In this document: positions 28,101-37,109 of the stretch, piece by piece
Position numbering within the stretch: position 1 is the first letter of the stretch
How the letters are laid out: each line of letters opens with the position of its first letter
NCBI GenBank assembly: GCA_964036045.1
Contig: OZ038378.1
Coordinates: forward strand, 195,362,001-195,426,000
Direction of reading: 5' to 3'
DNA length: 64,000 bases
From: Eutreptiella sp. 'Long Island Sound 2002'
Taxonomy: Eukaryota; Protista; Euglenida
The notes under the pieces: generated by a model
Told to the model about the DNA's origin: nothing
Databases searched by the model: none
What the model saw: the letters and a program-made list of their open reading frames with translations, nothing else
Made by a program: the position numbers and the translations under genes

Positions 28101-31100
28101 ACCCACAGACCGACAAATGTCCCACCCCCCCCCCCCCCCAGGGGGGGGGGGGGGCTGACACCCACCCACCCACCCACCCATCCTAGCCCCTTTATGGGCG
28201 TGGGGCAGACACAGGAACTGTGGGGTTCTAGCGTTACCCCCTCCGCATCCGGCACAAAGCACAAACAATCCTAGCCCCTTTATGGGCGTGGGGCAGAGAC
28301 AAGAACTGTGGGGTTCTAGCGTTACCCCCTCCGCATCCGGCACAAAGCACAAACAATCCTAGCCCATGTTACACGGAACCTGCAACAGAAGAAAGAAAGA
28401 AGTGGCACTGGCTCAATAGACCCAAGGCCCCCACAAAGTCCCACCCTACCCCGGGGGGGGGGGGGGGGGGTTGGACACCCACCCACCCTGAAATTCTGCC
28501 AGACCCACCCACCCACCCCCCCCCCAGGGTAGGGTAGGACGGACATTAAGCAAAACCCTAGCGTCGCCCGCCCAGCATGCTACTTTTGTATTAAGTATCC
28601 CGGCTTTAACCCCGGATTTACCCTCCCCCCCAAGTTGACCAATTGGACTGCACACCTTCCCTACAAGCACGCTGCACAAGTTGAAATATTTGAATTCAAC
28701 AACAATCCGTATCCATCATGTATTGGCTAATAAACAACTTGTTCCCCACAAGTGTGGGCATAAATACATTCGTCACAATAATGCTCATGGCACTCACCAC
28801 AAACTGTGATGGTGGAGCGCTTGTGACAACACAACGCACACACATCTGCCCCATCCTCTCCCTCATCTTGCGTGACAATTGAGTTGCTTTTATCGGTCCA
28901 AACATGAGGCGGGACATGGTCCCATGGCCCATAAGGAGGGTGACGGACCTGCCTCCGAATGCAAAATTGTGTGAAATGCAACAAAACACGCACGGACCTG
29001 GCGCAACTCATTGGGGCCGCCACGCCTCATGTTCCTAACCAAACCCCAATGCCACACTTGTCCAAAGAAATGCTCAATGCGTGCCCTATACCACCCATGC
29101 ACATCATTGTACGACTGTTGCCGGGCTGTCAAAGTTCCATTCGTTCTTCCAATCAATGGCACAATGACATCAATCCGGCCTTTATAAGCGCCTTCTCGTT
29201 CTCCCCATGGTGGGGATAGATCAACATGGCTACATTGCCCCTGCCCTGCGGGTTCCCGATGGTGTTGAGAAAACAAGGATGGGAAATGGATAAAAATGGG
29301 TGACGATGCAAATGCCACATCCAAAATGCATCGCAAGCAAAAAATAACCCTGGTATGGAACAAAATACTTGTGGAAAGGGGCATTCCCCATATCCCCAAC
29401 TGGAAAGGGGCCATGCAAAAAGCGTGGATCACGGCTCCGTATCAAAAGTGGCCCAAAAAGATGCCCGCCGTGCTGCCGCCGCCCCTTTGGTGTGCGCACA
29501 AATTGCATAAGCAGTTTTCCACCCTTTGCAGCTCAAAAATGAATTTTTTCAATTTTTTTTTTGATATTCTGACCATTCACAATAGTAAAATATTCTATGT
29601 AAAGCATGTTTCAGACCCTCGTTGTGTGTTTTTCACCCTATTTGGGTGTGGGGGGGGGGGGGTCACAAGGGGGCTGGGGCACAACCTTCTTATGCATTTT
29701 TCCACTCACAGCTCAAAAACAGAAATTTTCAAGTGCCCCCTCTCTCTTCGAGGTGTCTTGCCAATAGGCAATAGAATTTGACAGAAACAAACCCCAAATC
29801 TTAGGTACCCCTCCCTAAACTTTAGGTAACCCCCCTGAACTTTAGGCACTCCCCCCAAAACATTAGGTAACCCCTCCCCCAAAACTTTATGGACCCCCCC
29901 CCAAAACTTTAGGTGCCCCTCCCCCAAGCTTCAGGTACCCCACCCCAGACTTTAGCTACCTCCCCCCAAACTTTAGGTACCCCCTCCTCAACGTTAGGCA
30001 ACCCCCCCCCCATCTTTAGGTCCCCCCCCAAACTTTTGTTACTCCCCCCAAACTTTCAGAAGACACAAGCGGTGACCGTTGCGTCGCAAATGCACTAGTC
30101 TTCAGGTGATTACCCAGTCTCCACCTCCGAAGGACAAGAAGGGATAAAAGTGGAGAAAAAACTTGGTATTCAAGGGCCACAGTTCCAAAAGTTGCGGAAA
30201 CAACACCTATCATTTCTCCGACAAGGGCATTGCTCTGGCGGGGGGGGGGGGGGCCTGTAGAGAAGCCCCACTGCAGACTAGAAACTTGCCACCCTATCAA
30301 CCAAATCAACCCCAAAATCGTCCCTGTACAGCACACAACAAAACACCAAATCTGCCATTTCACATTGCACAAATCATGTGACACTCACTGTGCCTCGTTG
30401 GCTCCACACATCTATGGGTCAATGCAGTCAGCGCAGTAGCTTTTCTTACATTCACTACAACGTGCGGTGGTTTGCTTTGACAGCACAAACGTCAACCTCA
30501 TCCCCATCATGCTACTTCGTGGCATCAGTGTTGGTCGCACAAGAGGACACAGGAAGGGTTGATTGGTCCCATGGTCCAACAAAATGTAGCCAGACGTGAG
30601 CACCACGTCTGCCTTTTGAACTTCACCCATTTTCCCCATGCCCATGAAGGTCTTGAGAGCGGAGGGGAGTAGCATGGCTATATAGCCCCTACCATATTGA
30701 GGTCTCTAAAGTGGGGAGGTGTAATGTGGCTACAAAGGTTTTCTCATTGGTGAGACATGTCCGGGGCCTGTTCGGCGCCTGATCCAAGAGTTGTGGTGTC
30801 TCAAGGGTTTTTCCTCGGACTCCTCAAGTTCAGACTCAGGGAACCAGGCGATTTCTTCATCCTCTAAACCATCACCAGTGCACTCGTCGTCTTCTGTACT
30901 CAACTCTGCCAAGGGCTCTTCCCCAAAAGCACATGCCACAACACATTTCGAACCTCATAGGCTCTAGTATTGTGAACTGCTGTCGAAAACGGATTAAAAA
31001 ATGGGTGGGGGACTGGCTGCAGTCTGTGACCCCGGACCTGTATCCTGCCCTTATGCCTCTTCTTGCAGCTGCGGTTTGCTCTGCTGATGTCGCCTGCGGT

Positions 31101-33114
31101 TCTCTTGAACGCCTGTCTGTCTGCGGGCCCTCGCAGCCGTGCACTGGCGATGGCAGCAGCGGATTCCCTGCGCTGTGCGAACCCTGGGCAGCTGCTCCGG
31201 CGGCAGGTGCTTCTGGTGCCATCTCCCGCCACTGCCCAAGAAGCTTTAAACGCCACCCAGTGCACGCCTGGTGCAGCAACGTGCCCCCAGGGGGCATGGA
31301 GCTTGGAGCTTGGGGCATGGCAGAGGGCATGGGGCATTCCAGGGAGCATGGAGCATGAGTAATGGGGTTGGGTGGGGGGAGGGCTTTCCAGGGGGCATGG
31401 GGCTTTGGGCATGACAGGGGGCAGGGGGTGTTCTAGGGGGGGGTGGCAGGGGGCACAGGGCAGATGGTGCTTGGGGCATGGCAGAGGGCATACATGCTGC
31501 AAGGCCAATGATGATGATGATTCTCAGAATCACTCCCCACGATAGTGATGAAGCTGCAGTAAACTGACAGGGAGAAAACAGTGGGAAAAGGTCAGAGTTA
31601 ACGTTCATCCCGTGCTGTTGGTCTGTGTGCAGCCTGAGCCCGGTATGAGGAAGGCTAAAGCCATAAATGATGGCGTGCCAGACATCGCATGTGGTCTGGT
31701 GCACACTAGCAATGCCTCAGCTCATCGGGTTGCTATTCTGTCATACCTGCAACCCGCTTTTCACACGCTACCCAAAGATGATGTGATGCGCGACATAGGC
31801 CACATTTTGTTGCAGAGTAGCCCCCCATGCACCAGCACGCCCGAAATCATGAGAAACAACTTCTTCGCAGCCATGACGGACTACAACCGGGGGCGCAAGG
31901 AAAGCGGATGTATAGCTAACTCATGGGCTCTGTAACAGGCCCCCATGCAACCAATTAAAAGAGCTGTGGGTGGATGAGGTCCCCACTGCAATGTTAGAGC
32001 AAGAGGCTCATGGTAATAAGGCTGAGGTTTGCTTTGAGGTGGCTTGGCCATGCCTGCTTGTGTGTGGCATCCTGCTTCACATACTGCTCTGTGCACATGC
32101 TGCACACCATCGTGTACTGTGACAGTGTCATGCTGGGCACTCCATTCTTTAGCCCCCCTTGAAAGTGCCTAATGTGCTGCCACCATGCCCCAGAACCCCT
32201 TTTTGTCGCGAATCCTGCCCCTCTTTCTGGCCAGTGTAAACATAAATCAGCGCAAGCACACAACCTACGCACCATTGGCACTACTACCCCCATACCTCAT
32301 CTACGGTGTCAATGAGAGATGTGGTGTTTACGGCGTAGTAAAAGGACTCGTAGAAAGACATACTCAGGCGGTCTTTCAAAAGCATCTGTGCCATGGGAGT
32401 GGGGCAGGCACGGACCATCACCGACTGCAGCTGCCTTTTTCCATCTGATGTCAATTTTGCTATTCTCTTGAAAGTGAGATGGGGTTGTCAGTGGCTACAG
32501 TCGTGGGCATATACCAAGGCTTCCATTCGAATCATGCTCAAACTGCGAGGTTCAACAATCCTACATCCTACATCGCTGCAATAACCTTGAGTTCGTAGTT
32601 CATGTGTGGGCCTTGCAGTAGCCCCTAGCACACTGATTCACTTCTATCTAGCCACCCATGTGCCGCAGACGTCACACTCACCATGTCACTCCAATCACCA
32701 ACAGCACCATTCACATCCATTCCCTTCAATTGGGGGACATTGCGTATTTCTAGATCCAACATCCCCCAAGTGTCATGAGCCTCTTGTGGGTTCATGATGG
32801 TGTCCACCTTAAACGGTTATGTGGACATGTGGCACGGCGCACTACCTTCTTTGGTGCAGGCACACCCTGTGCCTAGGTACACTAGGTTGAAGCACATCCC
32901 ATGCAAAGTGCAAGGCAATGGTCTTCTCAAAAGTTCCACCATCTGAACCTCTCTGCCGGACTGGCAGGCTTTTCATGCCGTGCCTCCACTATCACAATGA
33001 GGAGGCCAAACCATAAATGGGAAGAAGCTTGCCACCAAAACAGCTAGATTGAGCGAAAACCGCCAGATTGGTTCTAAGGCTGCAACTTCATCTCCACTCT
33101 GGGGCGTCCTTGCA
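3052..33114 (-). CDS. PANK: Type II (fumble-family) pantothenate kinase with N-terminal membrane module; at least 14 exons, about 610 aa, start exon unresolved
   Basis: Exons in transcript order: 33114-33012, 32385-32296, 30206-30125, 26856-26764, 25336-25197, 22436-22362, 20286-20160, 18180-18101, 15399-15295, 13937-13772, 8792-8559, 7217-7143, 5672-5415, 3245-3052 (TGA). All are bounded by AG/GT with compatible phases. Joined protein shows PanK-II motifs in order: AIDIG|GSNAKMVY, TGGGAFKY, EMECLIRGLNFL, VNIGSGVS, GTSVGGGTFWG, DLLVG|DIYGG, IASSFGK, MISNNIG|QVA, HDGYLGALGA. Three motifs are split across junctions, which supports the joins. Confidence 0.9.
5415..5672 (-). CDS. PANK: PanK gene exon: end of insertion plus FKSQDIVKSLFYMISNNI(G)
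   Basis: ccgcag| acceptor and G|gtgcgt donor; DIxxSLxxMISNNIG motif. Confidence 0.88.
6080..6241 (+). repeat. Dispersed ~165-bp repeat; other copies at about 16985-17160 and 17657-17813
   Basis: Shared core cccacatcagaaaattttcctc..gcaaaaaatgaaat..ggaaatttgaggccgattt..tttggcctctgacccccc. Confidence 0.85.
7143..7217 (-). CDS. PANK: PanK gene exon within the insertion: (D)KMQDCAATPTSPASPLKTPDNKKS(G)
   Basis: gtgcag| acceptor and G|gtattg donor; 75 nt, phase 1 to 1. There is no conserved motif and the exon could be skipped in frame, so support is weaker. Confidence 0.55.
8559..8792 (-). CDS. PANK: PanK gene exon: (G)DIYGGRD...IASSFGKA plus start of Ser/Asp-rich insertion
   Basis: caaag| acceptor and G|gtatgt donor; DIYGG and ASSFGK motifs. 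Confidence 0.88.
9118..9330 (+). repeat. Dispersed repeat with CAGT-rich tail; second copy at about 14926-15090
   Basis: Shared gccttcggcaaggcacctcgaagagagact..cagtcag..gaaacacacagtttggcttttt. Confidence 0.8.
13772..13937 (-). CDS. PANK: PanK gene exon: VTGQNKFQRISGTSVGGGTFWGL...VDLLV(G)
   Basis: ctgcag| acceptor and G|gtatgc donor; GTSxGGGTFxGL motif. Confidence 0.93.
15295..15399 (-). CDS. PANK: PanK gene exon: VFTVDLQ...YPYIVVNIGSGVSILK
   Basis: ggcag| acceptor and AAG|gtgggc donor; 105 nt; YPYxxVNIGSGVS motif. Confidence 0.93.
18101..18180 (-). CDS. PANK: PanK gene exon: (G)ITLQPHPEMECLIRGLNFLLHTKPDE
   Basis: ccacag| acceptor and GAG|gtgcgc donor; EMxCLIxG motif with the catalytic Glu. 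Absent from the ORF track. Confidence 0.9.
19130..19440 (+). repeat. Compound (CAA)n/(CAG)n microsatellite in a PanK intron
   Basis: About 300 bp of alternating CAA and CAG runs. Confidence 0.97.
20160..20286 (-). CDS. PANK: PanK gene exon: IKFADFV...NATGGGAFKYAATIKSML(G)
   Basis: cctcag| acceptor and G|gtctgt donor; TGGGA motif. Confidence 0.9.
22099..22165 (+). repeat. (CA)n microsatellite; others at 25113-25156 and (CT)n at 7023-7058
   Basis: Direct read. Confidence 0.97.
22362..22436 (-). CDS. PANK: PanK gene exon: GLDTDDSEADRAGTLTFLKMPTRKV
   Basis: caacag| acceptor and GTG|gtacgc donor; 75 nt; corresponds to the G-x-LHF-x-x-F strand of PanK-II. Confidence 0.8.
22881..23715. mobile_element. 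hAT-like MITE/deletion derivative in a PanK intron
   Basis: TIR core gggcgttgctt / aagcaacgccctg; 8-bp TSD accgcccc (22873-22880, 23716-23723). Internal ~85-bp G-rich direct repeats ending ctgccggaatgaa. Confidence 0.7.
25197..25336 (-). CDS. PANK: PanK gene exon: (G)GSNAKMVYFHPP...FSPTMK
   Basis: tacag| acceptor and AAG|gtgtgt donor; completes DIGGSxxKxVY. Confidence 0.9.
25915..26080 (+). repeat. 18-bp tandem repeat (ttttaccgccaagygycc), about 9 copies, intronic
   Basis: Visible periodicity. Confidence 0.92.
26764..26856 (-). CDS. PANK: PanK gene exon: (G)FVYFLIQININPIGKIPPAYVIKGPVAIDI(G)
   Basis: ttcgcag| acceptor and G|gtgtgc donor; supplies the DIG of the DIGGS phosphate-binding motif. 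Confidence 0.85.
27260..27903. mobile_element. Foldback/MITE with ~120-bp imperfect inverted arms in a PanK intron
   Basis: 27260-27378 (gtgctcaagtacccatattgtcaccaaa..ccactaaacagccta) is matched in reverse complement by 27781-27903. Confidence 0.75.
28180..28365 (+). repeat. 88-bp tandem duplication
   Basis: atcctagcccctttatgggcgtggggcaga..ggcacaaagcacaaaca occurs twice. Confidence 0.9.
28690..29440 (-). mobile_element. Decayed ISL2EU/Harbinger-like (IS5-related DDE) transposase with C-terminal Cys cluster
   Basis: GEREGAYKGRIDVIVP...QQSYNDVHGWYRARIEHFFG resembles DDE_Tnp_4 (GDxAY..P..YNxxHxxxRxxIEHxFG). The tail reads CALC..CGECHEHYCDEC. Confidence 0.65.
29795..30055 (+). repeat. Degenerate ~21-bp tandem repeat (tttaggtacccccccaaaac)
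   Basis: Visible periodicity. Confidence 0.8.
30125..30206 (-). CDS. PANK: PanK gene exon: VLFPQLLELWPLNTKFFLHFYPFLSFG(G)
   Basis: tag| acceptor and G|gtggag donor; phase 0 to 1, exactly as needed to link the 32296 and 26856 exons. Splice signals are weaker than average. Confidence 0.55.
32296..32385 (-). CDS. PANK: PanK gene exon: MLLKDRLSMSFYESFYYAVNTTSLIDTVDE (pore-helix-like)
   Basis: cag| acceptor and GAG|gtatgg donor; exactly 90 nt, phase 0 to 0. Confidence 0.65.
33012..33114 (-). CDS. PANK: PanK gene exon: predicted TM1 (..EVAALEPIWRFSLNLAVLVASFFPFM)
   Basis: Open hydrophobic frame ending in a phase-0 donor ATG|gtttgg. The acceptor is ambiguous (33114, 33132 or 33143). Confidence 0.5.
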
Positions 33115-34689
33115 CTGCACGCGCAGTGCCCGCTACTTGTAGACTACAGGCCTGCCGAAGAAGGAAGGTCCCAGGCACGCCCCTTCCAAATGCCCACAAA
33201 TTTAGGCGACCCCAACTGTCCTCCCTCAACATAGTTGCTCGCAAACTTCCCTTCCCATAAGACATCATGCAAAATGCAACATTTGTCCACCGTCCACCGT
33301 CCACCGTCAACGTACAAGGGAGAACATGCAGTGAAAGTGAGCAAAATATGGGTGAAAATGGGTGAGGCTGAGTGAACATCCACATATGCCATATCCTCAG
33401 TGTGAAAGAAACATAAAAAACTTGTTATCAAACAACAATGATGCCACTAGTATCATGAAGTATAGGGTTCTACTGCGGCCAGACATGCAAATAGTTGCAC
33501 TGCGCGCTCACTGTGCTAAAGACGCCCCCTCTGCATTATGCACATCATGCAGAGGTACTCCCCAGTCCAAACAACAGTAAAGGGGCAAAAAATTGCAGAA
33601 AACACACCCCATGATGTTCAAACATGCTGGTGTTTGCTGTTTGCTTGCAGTACAACAGCTAGTGGCTGGCTTTGGGGCTCGCTCCATCCTCATCTTCCTT
33701 GTCCTCCCCCTTGTCCTCCTCATTGACCACCCTTTTACACCTTCATTGTATATTGGTGGATAGCCTCAGTTTTTGGAACGATTATCGTGAAAGCAGCCCA
33801 AAGCAATGCTCGTTTTCACCTCTAAACGGACCACCACAGCACCAATGTGTGGAACAAGGCTCATTGAACACCCATTTGCAATCATTTTAGTGTCCAAAGG
33901 TTGTGCAAAAGCAACGCACATTGGACCTGCTTTGCATGTCAGCATTTATCCTGAACGTTCAGGATGCTCGTCCTGAAAACAGGCTGAAATGGCCGTTTTG
34001 GGAGCGAAGTTGCGAACAGTTGCTGTTTGATAAGCCTATCAATATGCCAAACCACTGGTTCAATTTTGAAACGGTCTGTTGAATACAAAAAAAATTCCGA
34101 GCAAACAGAAAAACTGATTTTTTCTCAGTTGAAAATTATTAGTTTGTCAAGCGGATTAACTAGGTAGATTGGGGCCTCTCACTGCACGGACCTGCACACA
34201 GGTCGCCCCAGGATCACGTGCGTCATTTCGTCATTCCCCAGGTCTGCTTGAGGCCACCATCCCTTCGCCAATTGTTGGCAGGATGGGTGGCGCAAAGCCG
34301 ACTGTCGACCCCGTTGGTAGGCACAAAATGGAAACAACTTGTTTCAGAAGGCGAAAAGGACAGCGACAGTGACAGCGATTGTTTGACGGGTTACCGGAGG
34401 GATGCCGCTGCACCGAGGCGTGTGGATTCGCCCCTCTCCACTCCCTTGGCAGGCAGGGCTGGCTGTGGGGGGACAAAGATGGAGGGCGGACTGCATAAAG
34501 CATCAACCAAATCCCTTGTCAAATGCAATTCACCACCAATATCACATGCAATTCATGCAAAATGACATCAATTGCTTTGATATCCACCGCAGCACAAAAA
34601 GGGTGCTGAAATCACTGCGCGCGCCGCGCACGTCAGAGGATGTAACACTTTAGTGCAATGAATACCCTTCTTCGTTGTCGCTACAGGAC

Positions 34690-35080
34690 TCATCCTTAGA
34701 GGAAGTGGCTGACCACTCCGAACAATCACTCTCCGGCACAACAGCGCGCTTGTTGAACATTGCCCAGGAAAATGTTTCCAAGGCCCAAATGGTTGGTAGC
34801 CGAGGTTCCACTTATTCACAAACTGCTGAATATGCACAACCGCATGCACCATCATGTGGAGGTGCTGAATGCAGTCTTCCAGGTGAAGAACACTTTGCCT
34901 CATCCCAACTCTACAATTGTGTGAAGGGGTGTTCAGCCCTGCCCCTAATAAAGGTGTGGCCGTCATTATATTGGGCACACCAATTGGGGGGGTTTCTTTT
35001 TTGGGTTTGGGGTAGGGGATCACACCATGGGCACGTCCTGGAAACCCCCCTTTAAGGAGAACAACGTCTCCAAATAAGCC
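34690..35080 (-). mobile_element. More diverged ISL2EU-like transposase remnant between the RluA-like and PanK genes
   Basis: HAVVHIQQFVNKWNLGYQPFGPWKHFP aligns with RVLLHFTQFCIRRQVRHPPYGPWDHVP at 28.9 kb. Confidence 0.45.
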
Positions 35081-35426
35081 CCCCCCCCCCAAGCGTGTTC
35101 TACCGATACACACAAATAGCACCAACGAATTGTTGCATTTAGTGCCCACTGTCCACTTTTCAGCAACATCTAGTGTTAACATAATGTGTATGCAGACCGG
35201 GCTGACATTGCACCGCATGCCGCAACGTTCATGGGTGCAAAAAGTCACGGAAACAACACGACCCTGTTACCCATGTGGCACACCAAAGCCCATGAAGTGT
35301 GGTGTCAAGGAGGGTAATACATGCCCGCGCACCACAAGGTCCGGCAGGTGTCGGCAGGATAGCCTCAGGTATGGTACTGTGTGGTCATCTGAGATCGCCA
35401 CCATCCGAGCGTCAACCACTACTTAG

Positions 35427-37109
35427 TCACTCAGAGGACACTGTGACATCCACTGACAGCTCCAAATAGTAGCGCCCAGGGCGGTAATCCGCGTAACCAT
35501 CAGGGCGGTTGTTGTTGACGGAACAAGGCCCTGGAGGAGGGTTTGGCTGGTCCGTGACTGGCCGCCGCTGATCGTACAGCACCGAGTGTCCGTCCGGCGA
35601 GTACCATTTGTCATAATACCGGTTGGGATGCTGCTTGCTCGTGTTGAGCGTCCAGTTCTGCAGCCACACGTGCTCCGCGCCGAACTCGACATACGGCCCA
35701 TGGTCGCCGTAGAGCACGCGGCTGTAACCCACAGCCAACACGGAGCCGTCACTGGACCTGAAACTGGGGGGTCGCGTGCACCCGAACTCGGGCAACTTCC
35801 ACCGCGTCTCGAACGATTCCTTGTTCCGGCGGCGATTTGCGGTGTCGGCGGTCGACACCTGGCCGGGCGCTGGAGGCAAGGCATGCAGCAAAAAATCCTC
35901 TGGTTCAGCACACGCCGCCCCAGGCGGCCTAGCACCCGATCCTACCGGGCACGCCAACGCCAACGCCTGCCGCTTCCTGAGGTAGGCCGTGGCCTCGCGT
36001 TGCCGGAGTCCCACAAACTTGTTCGGCTCGGCAACCTGAACGTCGCTCAACGTGCCGGTATGGGGGTGTGGGTATCGCAACCGTATCAATGCCACAAACA
36101 AGCCTCGACAGCTCTTGTAACTCTTCGCTCCGGCGTCCGCGTTCGCGTTGCCGGCCCCGACGATGCTAAGGCCGTGCTGGTGCAACCGTGACCGCAGAAG
36201 GGCTTGGGTAACATCCGGGCATTCCAGGTCCAACGTTGTCAGATATCGCGCGGCATTACTCCTTGTCACCTCCACAACCACCCCTTCTACCTTGGCAGTC
36301 CGCCGTGCATCCTCCCCGCCAGATGCCCGCACTGGTGAGCCGTCGCGGACCGGTGTCCCGTCCCCCTCCGATCTGGCACTCACATGTTCGTGGGTGTCAT
36401 CCAGCGCAGGGAAGCGCACGCGCGTGCCTGGCGAACAACAACCTGATGGCAACCCTTGGATCACCACGCGGTACGTTGCGCACATGTGCCCTTGCAGGGC
36501 ATTGCGCTGCAAGGCCTCTAATGAGCTGTGGGTCTTCGCCACAAGCACAAGCCCCGATACGGAGCGACACAACCGATTCACAATCCTCGGTGAAGGCAAT
36601 GCGTCCGTCGCATTGGAGGCCGCCAAGCAATACGGGAGCGCTAAGGCCAAGGTGCAATGGCCTCGCATGTCAGCGACAACCCCCGAGTCCTTCCAAACGA
36701 CGGCCAGGTGGTTGTCCTCGCACAGCACACGTACCTCAAGCTTGTCCGTTCGCTCTGCAATGGCCCCCGAGTCGATGCGAAGCTGCACCACATCGCCTGC
36801 ACTCACAATCGTCGCGGAGTCCACCTTCACCACACCATTCACCTCCACATCGCCACGACGGATGGCCTCCTCACATCCTTTGGTTGAGGACAGATGGCCT
36901 CTAAAATGCTGTTTGCACACCTTTCGGAGTCGCAGATTGCCCTCCACAACTACATTGACATTAGCAAAGTCCAAGGGTCCTTCTGAGGGGTTTACCATGC
37001 CCTGTTGCTCGAGGGCAGGTGCAGGGTTTGTGTCACATGTGGGCCTGGAAGACAATGCATGTGTATCCTCTGACCCCCATCCGCAGGGCCATGAACAATA
37101 CTGAATCAC
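35427..37109 (-). CDS. Intronless S4 + RluA/RluD-family pseudouridine-synthase-like protein (probably catalytically altered) with unknown C-terminal domain; first in-frame ATG at 36998 gives 523 aa
   Basis: Single open frame. S4-like segment (EEAIRRGDVEVNG). RluA-order motifs: VLCEDNHLAVVWKDSG (cf. EDxxLxVVNKPxG), IVNRLCRSVSGLVLVAK (cf. VHRLDxxTSGLLLxAK), ATY, GLSIVG, LRYPHPHTG. Confidence 0.85.
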   Translation of the reverse strand: MIQYCSWPCGWGSEDTHALSSRPTCDTNPAPALEQQGMVNPSEGPLDFANVNVVVEGNLRLRKVCKQHFRGHLSSTKGCEEAIRRGDVEVNGVVKVDSATIVSAGDVVQLRIDSGAIAERTDKLEVRVLCEDNHLAVVWKDSGVVADMRGHCTLALALPYCLAASNATDALPSPRIVNRLCRSVSGLVLVAKTHSSLEALQRNALQGHMCATYRVVIQGLPSGCCSPGTRVRFPALDDTHEHVSARSEGDGTPVRDGSPVRASGGEDARRTAKVEGVVVEVTRSNAARYLTTLDLECPDVTQALLRSRLHQHGLSIVGAGNANADAGAKSYKSCRGLFVALIRLRYPHPHTGTLSDVQVAEPNKFVGLRQREATAYLRKRQALALACPVGSGARPPGAACAEPEDFLLHALPPAPGQVSTADTANRRRNKESFETRWKLPEFGCTRPPSFRSSDGSVLAVGYSRVLYGDHGPYVEFGAEHVWLQNWTLNTSKQHPNRYYDKWYSPDGHSVLYDQRRPVTDQPNPPPGPCSVNNNRPDGYADYRPGRYYLELSVDVTVSSE

